A stretch of 38,822 nt of DNA from contig CALJEJ010000083.1 of NCBI GenBank assembly GCA_938074745.1, positions 1 to 38,822 on the forward strand, read 5' to 3'. The translations under genes were made by a program, and so were the position numbers. This DNA comes from an uncultured Endomicrobiia bacterium (GTDB lineage: Bacteria; Elusimicrobiota; Endomicrobiia; DTEH01). Positions 1-8,563 of this stretch are shown piece by piece; position 1 is the first letter of the stretch; every line of letters starts with the position of its first letter. The notes below the pieces were generated by a model. That model was not told the DNA's origin and did no database searches. It saw only the letters and a program-made list of their open reading frames with translations.

Positions 1-1
1 T

Positions 2-280
2 AAGATTTTTGGTCTTTATCCATCAGTTTTACATTTATATTCTTTTACGCCTAAAACAATAAAAAGATTATTAAAAGATATTGGTTTTACTTACATAGAA
101 ATTTCAAATTCACTTTTTACAAAAGGAGATCCATATAAAACAGGTTCTTCTTATTTAGGTAAAATAGTTGTTGTTTTTGTTAAATTTTTGATTCGCCTTT
201 TTTCTCAAGCTTTATATTTTATTTCTTTTAAGAGAATTTCTATTGCTCCTTCAATAATCGTATATGCCAGAAAAAATTAA
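2..280 (+). CDS. 3' partial CDS (C-terminal ~92 aa), hypothetical; C-terminus resembles class I SAM-dependent methyltransferases from polysaccharide loci
   Basis: Frame starting at nt 2 is open for 92 codons to a TAA at 278-280 (...FGLYPSVLHLYSFTPKTIKRLLKDIGFTYIEISN...IAPSIIVYARKN*). An open stretch this long in ~29% GC DNA is unlikely by chance. It overlaps the GT start by 17 nt. It is absent from the ORF track because its start lies upstream of the window. Confidence 0.35.
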   Translation, partial: KIFGLYPSVLHLYSFTPKTIKRLLKDIGFTYIEISNSLFTKGDPYKTGSSYLGKIVVVFVKFLIRLFSQALYFISFKRISIAPSIIVYARKN

Positions 281-1463
281 AGTTATTCATATCATAACAA
301 GATTAGACAAGGGCGGTTCTGCTGAATATGTTTTAGATATTTGTGAAAATCTTGACAGAAACAGATATGATGTAGTTTTAGTTTATGGTAAAAGTCAAGT
401 TTCTGATTTAAATTTACAATTTCCTTCTTATAGAGTTGACGAACTTTTAAGAGAGATATCACCAATAGAAGATATAATTGCACTCTGGAAAATTTATAAA
501 ATAATTAAAAAAGAAAAACCTGACATAGTTCACACACATACATCAAAAGCAGGTATTTTAGGTCGTTGGGCTACTTTTCTACTACGAACTACGTATCCTG
601 AATTACGTACTATAAAAACAATCCATACACCTCATGGACATGTTTTTTACGGATATTTTGGTAAAATTAAAACTACAATTTTTCTTTTGATAGAGAAGTT
701 AACTGCAAAAATTACTGATAAACTTCTTGCTTTAACTGAAGGCGAAAAAAATGAATCAATAAAATTTGGTGTTGGTAAATTAAATCAATGGGAAATTGTT
801 CCTTGTGGTGTAGATTATGATCATATCAAATCAAAAATAGGGATTAAAAACGAAAAGTTGTTAAAAGAACTAAATATTCAGAAGGGAACTATTGTAATTG
901 GCACTGTGGCACGGTTAGAACCAATAAAAGGTGTAAGATATTTTATTGAAGCAATAAAACTTATTTATTCGTCATTCGTGCTTAATTATCCTTTATTGTT
1001 TTTAATAGTTGGTGACGGGTCAGAACGAAAAAAGTTAGAACAAGAAGTTAAAAAATCAGGGCTACAAAAGAAAATTATTTTTACTGGCATGCGTGACGAT
1101 GTAGAAGAATTAATTTCACTTATGGACATTTATGTTCAACCTTCACTTAACGAAGGTATGGGGAAAACAATAGTTATAGCACAACTTTTAGGCAAACCTG
1201 TTGTCTCAACAAAAGTTCAAGGTATACCTTCAGTAGTTCTGGATAACTACACAGGACTGTTGGTAAATCCTAAAGATTCTTTTAGTTTAGCAGAAGCTAT
1301 AATCAAACTTATAAAAGATGAAAAGTTAAGGTTAACTATGGGACATAATGCACAACTTTGGGTTAACAAATTAGTTGACAACTATCCTCAGTTCAGTGTC
1401 CAAAGAATGATATATTTACTAGATAAATTTTATACACAATTATACACCAAAACAACACAGTGA
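264..1463 (+). CDS. Glycosyltransferase, GT-B fold, family 4 (group 1)
   Basis: 399 aa. N-terminal KIKVIHIITRLDKGGSAEYV. C-terminal GT1 signature EGMGKTIVIAQLLGKPVVSTKVQGIPSVVLDNYTGLLV (E-x7-E region). ATG start. Confidence 0.8.
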   Translation: MPEKIKVIHIITRLDKGGSAEYVLDICENLDRNRYDVVLVYGKSQVSDLNLQFPSYRVDELLREISPIEDIIALWKIYKIIKKEKPDIVHTHTSKAGILGRWATFLLRTTYPELRTIKTIHTPHGHVFYGYFGKIKTTIFLLIEKLTAKITDKLLALTEGEKNESIKFGVGKLNQWEIVPCGVDYDHIKSKIGIKNEKLLKELNIQKGTIVIGTVARLEPIKGVRYFIEAIKLIYSSFVLNYPLLFLIVGDGSERKKLEQEVKKSGLQKKIIFTGMRDDVEELISLMDIYVQPSLNEGMGKTIVIAQLLGKPVVSTKVQGIPSVVLDNYTGLLVNPKDSFSLAEAIIKLIKDEKLRLTMGHNAQLWVNKLVDNYPQFSVQRMIYLLDKFYTQLYTKTTQ

Positions 1464-2941
1464 AATTAAACCTAAAAAATTTAGTTTTAATCCTGTTGGT
1501 GTTCACAGTGGTGCTGTTATGCGATGAACAAATCAGTTGTGTTTTACATGTGCATACAAAATATAGTGGCGAAATAAAATATTCTATAGAAGATATAATT
1601 TTGATGTGTAAAAAATTTGCTATAGATAGTGTGATTATAACCGACCATGATTTAATAAAAGTAGAATTTGGAATAAAACCGTTCCATCGTGTTATTAAAA
1701 AATCAGTAGAAAAAAATTCTGTCTTAAAAGAAAAACCTGAAAAATATTTACAAGAAATTAAATGGTTAAACGAAAAATATCCTGAAATAGTAATAATTCC
1801 TGGGATAGAAACTACACCATTTTATTACTGGAGTGTACAAAAGGAAACTCTTATACTTAACAACTGGCATAAACATTTGTTAATTGTTGGTATTGATGAA
1901 CCACAATATTTCTATAATTTACCAATAATAGGTAACGAATATCGTAGTGGAAGATTTGTCCTTTATTCATTATGGCCGATATGTTTACTACCTTTTTTGC
2001 TAATTTTAAAACCTAGGTTGATAAAGTTTTTGTTGTGTTGTATAATTTTTTTAGTTTTACTAATAAATTTTCCATATAAATATTTACCATATGACCAATA
2101 CAAAAATTATAACGAACTACCATACCAAAATTTGATAAATTATGTGAACCTGCTTAAAATTAAAAACAAAAAAAACTATCTTATTATCTGGTCACATCCT
2201 GAAGCGAGAAATTATCAAAACCCACAACTGATAACTCAAATTAAAAATTTGAAGATATATGCTAAAACAGAACCCTACCCATATTCTTTGTTAAATACCC
2301 ACAACTATGACGGGTTTGCTATTTTTGCTGAAGGGTATAGAAAAATAGGTAAACCTGGCGGGTTATGGGATAAAATGTTGACAGAATATTGTCAAGGGAA
2401 AAGGGAAAAACCTGTATGGTGTTTTTCTGAAATAGATTTTGCTGAAGGTAGTGACCAGTTGAACACCAGAAAAAACATTGTTTTTGTTTCAAAAAAGTCG
2501 CAGGAAGAAATTTTATATTCTTTATCAAAAGGACGATTTTATGCTTTATGGTGTGAAGGAAAAAAAGAGTTAAAATTAGAAAATTTTGTTTTTGTTTCTA
2601 CAGAAAATGTTCGTAAGGATAAAAAAACAAAATTTTTTGTTTGGGACAGTTCTTCAAGTGTAATAGCTACCTATGGGGAAAAAATTTTTAACCAAGGTAA
2701 GGTTGTTATTGATGGTGTAGTAAAATTTACTGACGATTCACAGAATGATGTTAGGATTTATATAATTCGCAACAGCGAAGTGATAAATATATTAGAAGGA
2801 AAAACACCCTACAGGATTAATTTTGTAGACGAAAATGTATCAGAAGTATTGTCTAAAGAAACTAAAAAATGTTATTATAGAATATTTATTGAATCTAATT
2901 ATCCACATATGTTAGCTACAAATCCTATTTTTGTAGAATAA
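1460..2941 (+). CDS. PHP-domain (polymerase/histidinol-phosphatase-like metallophosphoesterase) membrane protein with internal TM hairpin and unknown C-terminal domain
   Basis: GTG start in a GTGA overlap with the upstream stop. N-terminal hydrophobic segment, then PHP motif I (VLHVHTKYSGE ... VIITDHD). GIETT motif. Hydrophobic stretch FVLYSLWPICLLPFLLILKPRLIKFLLCCIIFLVLLINF. Then WSHPEA and EGSDQL, which look like PHP motifs III/IV, the latter with His replaced by Gln. About 160 aa C-terminal region of unknown function. Confidence 0.55.
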   Translation: MKLNLKNLVLILLVFTVVLLCDEQISCVLHVHTKYSGEIKYSIEDIILMCKKFAIDSVIITDHDLIKVEFGIKPFHRVIKKSVEKNSVLKEKPEKYLQEIKWLNEKYPEIVIIPGIETTPFYYWSVQKETLILNNWHKHLLIVGIDEPQYFYNLPIIGNEYRSGRFVLYSLWPICLLPFLLILKPRLIKFLLCCIIFLVLLINFPYKYLPYDQYKNYNELPYQNLINYVNLLKIKNKKNYLIIWSHPEARNYQNPQLITQIKNLKIYAKTEPYPYSLLNTHNYDGFAIFAEGYRKIGKPGGLWDKMLTEYCQGKREKPVWCFSEIDFAEGSDQLNTRKNIVFVSKKSQEEILYSLSKGRFYALWCEGKKELKLENFVFVSTENVRKDKKTKFFVWDSSSSVIATYGEKIFNQGKVVIDGVVKFTDDSQNDVRIYIIRNSEVINILEGKTPYRINFVDENVSEVLSKETKKCYYRIFIESNYPHMLATNPIFVE

Positions 2942-2944
2942 TTC

Positions 2945-3622
2945 ATGAAAATAGCGATACATCAGCCGCAATATTTACCTTGGCCAGGATATTTTAATAA
3001 AATAATGCAATGTGATTTGTTTATCTTCCTTGACGATGTTCAGTATAAAAAAAACGAATGGCAGAATAGAAATAGAATAAAATCTGCTGCAGGTATTCAA
3101 TGGCTTACAGTTCCCGTGCATTACAAGTTTGGCCAAAAGATTAACGAGATAAAAATAGACAACCACATTTTATGGCGTAAAGACCATCTTAAAAGTATAA
3201 AGGTCAATTATAATAAAGCAAAATACTTTTATGAATTTTTTGTATATATTGAAGAATTGTTAAATAAGGAGTATAAAATGTTAGTTGATATAAATGTAAG
3301 TTCAATAATTAAAATTCTTTCTTATCTTGGTATTGATAAACCTTTTAAGTTTTCTTCAGAATTAAAAGTTGAAGGAGAAAAAACAGATAGGTTGGTCAAT
3401 ATATGTAAAAAACTTTCAGCTGATATATACATTTCTGGTTCTGGAGCAAAAGAATATTTAGAAGTTGAAAAGTTTATAGATAACGGTATAAATGTAATTT
3501 TTCAAGAATATAAAACTCCAGACTATCCACAGCTGTTTGGCGAGTTTATACCAAATCTTTCAATTATAGACATGATTTTTAATGTTGGTAAAGATGAAAC
3601 ACTTAGATTGATTAGCAGTTAA
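2945..3622 (+). CDS. WbqC-like family protein (O-antigen/glycan cluster protein of unknown function)
   Basis: 225 aa starting MKIAIHQPQYLPWPGYFNKI, the characteristic WbqC-family N-terminus. It sits immediately upstream of a DegT aminotransferase, as in WbqC-containing O-antigen loci. Confidence 0.7.
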   Translation: MKIAIHQPQYLPWPGYFNKIMQCDLFIFLDDVQYKKNEWQNRNRIKSAAGIQWLTVPVHYKFGQKINEIKIDNHILWRKDHLKSIKVNYNKAKYFYEFFVYIEELLNKEYKMLVDINVSSIIKILSYLGIDKPFKFSSELKVEGEKTDRLVNICKKLSADIYISGSGAKEYLEVEKFIDNGINVIFQEYKTPDYPQLFGEFIPNLSIIDMIFNVGKDETLRLISS

Positions 3623-3638
3623 CTTTTTGGTTAAGTTT

Positions 3639-4700
3639 ATGATTCATCATTCAAGACCTTCGGTTATTTCAACTAAACAACTTATAAAAAATATAAAAGA
3701 AATATTTAATAACAAATTTTTTTCAGAAGGTAAATTTGTTGAACAGTTTGAACAAGAACTTTGTAAATTTTTTGGTAGAAAGTATGCAGTATGTGTTTCT
3801 TCAGGTACAGCAGGATTACATTTGGCATTGTTAAGTTTAGCTGTAGACAACAATTCAGAAGTTATCCTTCCTGCGTATACTTGTTCTGCTGTATTAAATT
3901 CTGTGCTTTACACAGGTGCAAAACCTGTAATTGTAGATGTTGAAGATGGCGGTTTTAATATTTCTTATAAAGAGATTAAAAAACATCTTACTAAAAAAAC
4001 AAAGGCAATAATTGTACCACATATGTTTGGTTATCCTTCAGAAGATATAAAAAAAATTGTAGCTTTAGATATTCCTGTTATAGAAGATACTACACAAAGT
4101 TTAGGTGCTAAAATTGATGGCGAGCTTGTAGGCAGGTTTGGCAAGTTAAATATCTTATCTTTTTATGCAACGAAAATGATTACAACGTTTGGTGAAGGTG
4201 GCGCTATAATTACCGACGATAAAAAGTTGTATAATACAATTAAAGATATAAAAGAATATGACAAAAAAAATAAGTTTAGGTTAAGGTATAATTATAAACT
4301 CAGCGAAATTCAAGCAATTTATGGACTTGTGCAGTTAAAAAATCTATTTAAACTTGTAAAAATTAGAAAGAAAATTTTTGACCTATACAAAACTAAGTTA
4401 AAAAAATGTAATATAAAAATATTTGAACCTAAAAATAATGTAGTTTTGTCATATTATCGGTTTATAGTACAACTTATAGAAAAAATGGATTTGAATAAGA
4501 TAATAGAAAGATATAAAAAATTTGGTATTGAAGTTGCCCGACCAGTATATTTACCTTTAGATAAATATTATTTTAACAAATTCTTTTGCAAAAATTCGAA
4601 ACTGTTATATGAGACAACTATATCATTACCGATTTATCCGTCGTTAAAAGAAGAAGAAGCCGAATATATTGTAGAAGTAACTCAAAAGTTGATTAAATAA
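3639..4700 (+). CDS. DegT/DnrJ/EryC1/StrS-family PLP-dependent sugar aminotransferase
   Basis: The track's ORF uses a TTG at 3627. The ATG at 3639 (MIHHSRPSV) is more plausible. Motifs: SSGTAGLHLAL, and YATKMITTFGEGGAI with a Schiff-base Lys context. About 353 aa. Confidence 0.75.
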   Translation: MIHHSRPSVISTKQLIKNIKEIFNNKFFSEGKFVEQFEQELCKFFGRKYAVCVSSGTAGLHLALLSLAVDNNSEVILPAYTCSAVLNSVLYTGAKPVIVDVEDGGFNISYKEIKKHLTKKTKAIIVPHMFGYPSEDIKKIVALDIPVIEDTTQSLGAKIDGELVGRFGKLNILSFYATKMITTFGEGGAIITDDKKLYNTIKDIKEYDKKNKFRLRYNYKLSEIQAIYGLVQLKNLFKLVKIRKKIFDLYKTKLKKCNIKIFEPKNNVVLSYYRFIVQLIEKMDLNKIIERYKKFGIEVARPVYLPLDKYYFNKFFCKNSKLLYETTISLPIYPSLKEEEAEYIVEVTQKLIK

Positions 4701-4721
4701 AAAAATATTTTTATAATCACC

Positions 4722-5522
4722 ATGTACGAACGATATTGGAGTTTGAAAGAAAAACCGTTTGAGAACACGCCTGACCCTAAATTTTTTTATAATTCGCCAC
4801 AACATGAAGAAGCGCTTGCACGAATGTTGTATGTTATCAAAGAAGGCAAAGGTGCTGGGTTGTTAACTGGTGTATATGGTTGTGGAAAGACTTTGTTATC
4901 AAGGTCGTTATTAAAAGAGTTAGAAAAAGATATATATAAAGTTGCAATTATTACTAACCCTAAACTTGACGATGTTGAAATGTTAAGATTGATCACTTAT
5001 AATTTATCAGGTGGGGAAGTTTCTACACGGAAAGCAGATGTAATTATAAAATTAGAATCTGTGTTAAAAAACAATCTTTTGGATGGGAAAAAAACTGTTA
5101 TTATAATAGACGAAGCGCATGTAATTGATTCAAACGACATTTTTGAAGAACTACGGTTATTGCTAAACTTTCAGTTAGAAGACAAGTTTTTGTTAACTTT
5201 ACTTTTGCTTGGCCAACCTGAACTTAAAGATAAAGTAGAAAATATAAAACAGTTAAACCAGCGGATTGTGATGAGATATTATTTATCCCCGTTGAACCGT
5301 TATGAAACAGAACAGTATATAAACCACAGGCTGAAAGTTGCCGGTGGTCAACAGGATATTTTTGATTCAGAAGCAATAGATATGATATTTGAACGTTCAG
5401 GTGGAATACCTAGACGAATAAACCAGATTTGTGACACAGTTTTGTTAGCAGGATATGCTCAAGGAGTAAATAAAATAACCAAACAGTTAGTTAAAGAAAG
5501 TATTGAAAGTTTTTATTTATGA
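4722..5522 (+). CDS. AAA ATPase of the ExeA/GspA (TniB-like) family
   Basis: Walker A GVYGCGKTLLSRSL. Walker B TVIIIDEAHVI. LLLLGQPEL, and the C-terminal RRINQICDTVLLAGY typical of ExeA-like ATPases. 266 aa. Confidence 0.7.
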   Translation: MYERYWSLKEKPFENTPDPKFFYNSPQHEEALARMLYVIKEGKGAGLLTGVYGCGKTLLSRSLLKELEKDIYKVAIITNPKLDDVEMLRLITYNLSGGEVSTRKADVIIKLESVLKNNLLDGKKTVIIIDEAHVIDSNDIFEELRLLLNFQLEDKFLLTLLLLGQPELKDKVENIKQLNQRIVMRYYLSPLNRYETEQYINHRLKVAGGQQDIFDSEAIDMIFERSGGIPRRINQICDTVLLAGYAQGVNKITKQLVKESIESFYL

Positions 5523-5540
5523 TATGGAGGAGATAAGGTG

Positions 5541-6170
5541 ATGAATATAAACATATTAGTTATAAGCACTCATCCGGACGATTTTGAGTTTGGTTGTGGT
5601 GGGACATTACTGAAATTTTCTAAAATAGCCAGGATTTATGTTTTAGTAATTACTAAAGGTGAAATTGGTGGTAAACCAGAAGTTAGACAAAAAGAACAAC
5701 AAAAGGTATGTTCTGTGTTGAACGCAAAATTATACTGGGGTGAGTTTAAAGATACTGAGGTTTCAATGTCTAAAACTCTTATAGATAAGATAGAGACTGT
5801 AATAACAGAAATTAAACCTTCAATAATTTTTTCTCCTTATTATGAAGATACTCATCAAGACCATCGTAATGTTGCTCAAGCAACAATTACTGCTACAAGA
5901 TACATAAGAAATGTTTTATTTTACGAATCTCCAACAAGTATAGATTTTAATCCGTCGGTTTTTGTAGATATAGGCGAAGTTTTAGACGCTAAACTAAAAT
6001 TGTTAAAATTACATAAATCACAAATTTATGCTACAAAAGTAAAAAAGTTGTCTATTATAGAAAGTGCAATATCTACAGCGATATTCCGTGGGTACCAAAA
6101 CAGAGTAAAATATGCAGAAGGGTTTGTCCCGTTAAGGTTAGCATTAGATTTCTGGATATCAAAACTATGA
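5541..6170 (+). CDS. PIG-L/LmbE-family N-acetylglucosaminyl deacetylase
   Basis: The track ORF starts at a GTG at 5538. The ATG at 5541 is preceded by GGAGGAGATAAGG. Motifs: ISTHPDDFEFGCGGTL (the HPDD zinc motif, with Phe where Glu is usual) and HQDHRNV (H-x-D-H). The stop overlaps the next start (ATGA). Confidence 0.7.
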   Translation: MNINILVISTHPDDFEFGCGGTLLKFSKIARIYVLVITKGEIGGKPEVRQKEQQKVCSVLNAKLYWGEFKDTEVSMSKTLIDKIETVITEIKPSIIFSPYYEDTHQDHRNVAQATITATRYIRNVLFYESPTSIDFNPSVFVDIGEVLDAKLKLLKLHKSQIYATKVKKLSIIESAISTAIFRGYQNRVKYAEGFVPLRLALDFWISKL

Positions 6171-7276
6171 TGAACTATGTATTAGCAGGTATAATTTCTT
6201 TACTTATATTTTATCGTCCTATAGGTACTTGGGCATATAAGTTAAATATTCGGTGGTTATATATTATATTACTTTCAGCTTTGATCACGTACTTTCTTAC
6301 TCCGATAGTGATAAAATTAGCAAACAGATTTAAATGGTTAGATTATCCTGATGAACGTAAGATACATACTATAGCAACACCGCGTGTTGGTGGTATAGCA
6401 ATTTTTGTATCTATTGTTTTAACTTTGCTACGAAACTTACAGTTTTCTAAAGAAATTGTTGGTGTATTATTAGCTTCAAGTATTATTTTTTGTATAAGTT
6501 TAATAGACGATATTAAAGGTGTTCCTGCTATAATAAGGTTGGTAACTCAAATAATAGCCACTGGTATTATAATATATTTTGGGTATCAGATTACAGTGGT
6601 ACCACGTAACTGGTTATTTGAAAACGTTTTTGAGATTCTCATTACTATAATTTGGTTTGTTGGGATTGTTAATGCAATAAATTTTATGGACGGTATTGAC
6701 GGATTAGTAACCAGTTACACAATTTTTAGTTCTTTAACATTTTTGGTTATTACAATTTTAACAGGACAAAAATTTTTAATATATATTATTTCATCGTTGT
6801 TAGGTTCATGTTTAGGTTTTCTACCGTACAACTGGCATAAGGCAAAAATTTTTTTAGGCGACTGTGGTGCTACAATACTAGGTTTTTTATTAGCGACAAT
6901 TTCTGTAGTAGGTTGGTGGGGGGAAAAAAATCCTGTAGTGTCATTGTCTACACCGATATTAATTTTGAGTGTACCAATATACGACATGGTATATATTACA
7001 ATTTCACGGATTAAAAATAAAACAGTAAAAAATTTTAAACAATGGATAGAATATGTTGGTAAAGATCATCTCCATCATAGATTAGTAAGTTTAAATTTTA
7101 ATATCCCTTCTGTTGTAGGTATTATTGTTTTGATTTCATTATGTTTAGACATATCTGTGTTAGTATTACGATATACACCTGCAGGTTCTATGGGTAGTAT
7201 TTTATTGTTGTTACAAGCGATGATAGTTTTTGTAGTTATTTCTATAATAATGGTTACTGGGAAACAGAAAATTTAA
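6167..7276 (+). CDS. Polyprenyl-phosphate N-acetylhexosamine-1-phosphate transferase (GT family 4, WecA/TagO/MraY-like)
   Basis: 369 aa polytopic membrane protein. Motifs DYPDERKIHTIATPRVGGIAIF, NAINFMDGIDGL and FLGDCGA are typical of WecA/MraY-superfamily enzymes. Confidence 0.75.
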   Translation: MMNYVLAGIISLLIFYRPIGTWAYKLNIRWLYIILLSALITYFLTPIVIKLANRFKWLDYPDERKIHTIATPRVGGIAIFVSIVLTLLRNLQFSKEIVGVLLASSIIFCISLIDDIKGVPAIIRLVTQIIATGIIIYFGYQITVVPRNWLFENVFEILITIIWFVGIVNAINFMDGIDGLVTSYTIFSSLTFLVITILTGQKFLIYIISSLLGSCLGFLPYNWHKAKIFLGDCGATILGFLLATISVVGWWGEKNPVVSLSTPILILSVPIYDMVYITISRIKNKTVKNFKQWIEYVGKDHLHHRLVSLNFNIPSVVGIIVLISLCLDISVLVLRYTPAGSMGSILLLLQAMIVFVVISIIMVTGKQKI

Positions 7277-7302
7277 AAATTTATCTGTTTAAAATTAATC
7301 CT

Positions 7303-8547
7303 ATGGTTGAAATAAAAGAATTTTGTGCATTACATTACAATATTGACAAGTTAAAAAAACAAGGGCTTTCATTGTCAGAGGTAATTTGTCCCCCGTATGA
7401 TGTTATTTCTTCAGAATTACAACATAAACTTTTGAAACAAAAATATAATTTTGTAAACCTTGAATTACCCCGAGCAGTAAAAGGAAAATCTAAATATATT
7501 TCAGCAAAACAGAAATTGGTTTCGTGGAAGAGAAACAAAATTGTTGTAAAAGATTCCATTCCTGCGATATATCTGTTGCAAGAAAATTTTTTCTATCCAC
7601 CGTTACCACTGGATAAAAATACTTCTGTAAAAAGCAGTGTTAAACAATATACGCGGACGGGATTGTTTTGTATTGTAAAATTGGATCCTGAATATAAAAC
7701 TATCCTTCCTCACGAACATACAAAACCGAAACCTGTTGAAGATAGACTTGAGCTTATTAAAACATTAAAAGTTCAAACCTCAGCTGTGTTTTGCTTAGTT
7801 CCAGATAAAGATAAAAAATTTCTCAACTGGATTCAAAAAATTGTTTCACAATTAAAACCAATAGTGATATTTAAAGATTCTGCGAATACTGAACATAAAA
7901 TTTATAAATTGGTATCAAAAGAAAAAATTGATACAATAAAAAAATTTTTTAAAAACAAAAAATTGATCATTGCAGATGGACATCATAGGTATAAAACTGC
8001 TTTGTTATATCATAAATATTTATTAGATCAAAAAAAGACCAAAAGTTCACAAATAGAGTTGTTAAATAGCCAATATTTTATGGCATATATATGTTCTTTA
8101 TCTGACGATGGTTTATTGATTTTACCTACGCATAGAGCTGTGGCGGGGAAATTTATAGAAGATTCTATTCATCAATACTTTGATTTACACGACTGGGACG
8201 GAAAAGAACTTGTGAAACTTGTGTTATATCACAAAGGCGAGTTCAAAGTTATGCGTATAAAACATAAACTAAAACTTAACTTACCACCTTTAATAAAAGA
8301 TACCCCAAGCGTGATATTAAACGAAACAGTGTTAAAAAATGTTCCAAAAGAACAAATTTTTTACCATTACGATATGAAAGAAACAATTTCTTGGGCTGAT
8401 AAATATCAAGGATATGCATTTTTACTAGAACCTATTAGCAAAGAAGTTTTTCAACAGGCAGTATTAAATTCTTATATTTTCCCGCCGAAGACAACTTATT
8501 TTTATCCTAAAATTATGGCTGGAGAATTGTTTTTTGACTTTTCTTAA
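7303..8547 (+). CDS. DUF1015-family protein
   Basis: 414 aa with the family-defining IIADGHHRYKTAL motif. Function unknown. Confidence 0.6.
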   Translation: MVEIKEFCALHYNIDKLKKQGLSLSEVICPPYDVISSELQHKLLKQKYNFVNLELPRAVKGKSKYISAKQKLVSWKRNKIVVKDSIPAIYLLQENFFYPPLPLDKNTSVKSSVKQYTRTGLFCIVKLDPEYKTILPHEHTKPKPVEDRLELIKTLKVQTSAVFCLVPDKDKKFLNWIQKIVSQLKPIVIFKDSANTEHKIYKLVSKEKIDTIKKFFKNKKLIIADGHHRYKTALLYHKYLLDQKKTKSSQIELLNSQYFMAYICSLSDDGLLILPTHRAVAGKFIEDSIHQYFDLHDWDGKELVKLVLYHKGEFKVMRIKHKLKLNLPPLIKDTPSVILNETVLKNVPKEQIFYHYDMKETISWADKYQGYAFLLEPISKEVFQQAVLNSYIFPPKTTYFYPKIMAGELFFDFS

Positions 8548-8563
8548 AATTCTTTTAATTTCT

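Noticed and set aside
3627-3638. Longer N-termini from TTG/GTG starts proposed by the ORF track (DegT at 3627, PIG-L at 5538, HNH at 11130, outer-membrane-like protein at 10313, rSAM at 37305)
   Set aside because: In each case an ATG a few codons downstream has a better SD, or avoids a deep overlap with the upstream gene. The shorter ATG starts were used. The PHP-protein GTG at 1460 was kept because no in-frame ATG with an RBS follows closely.
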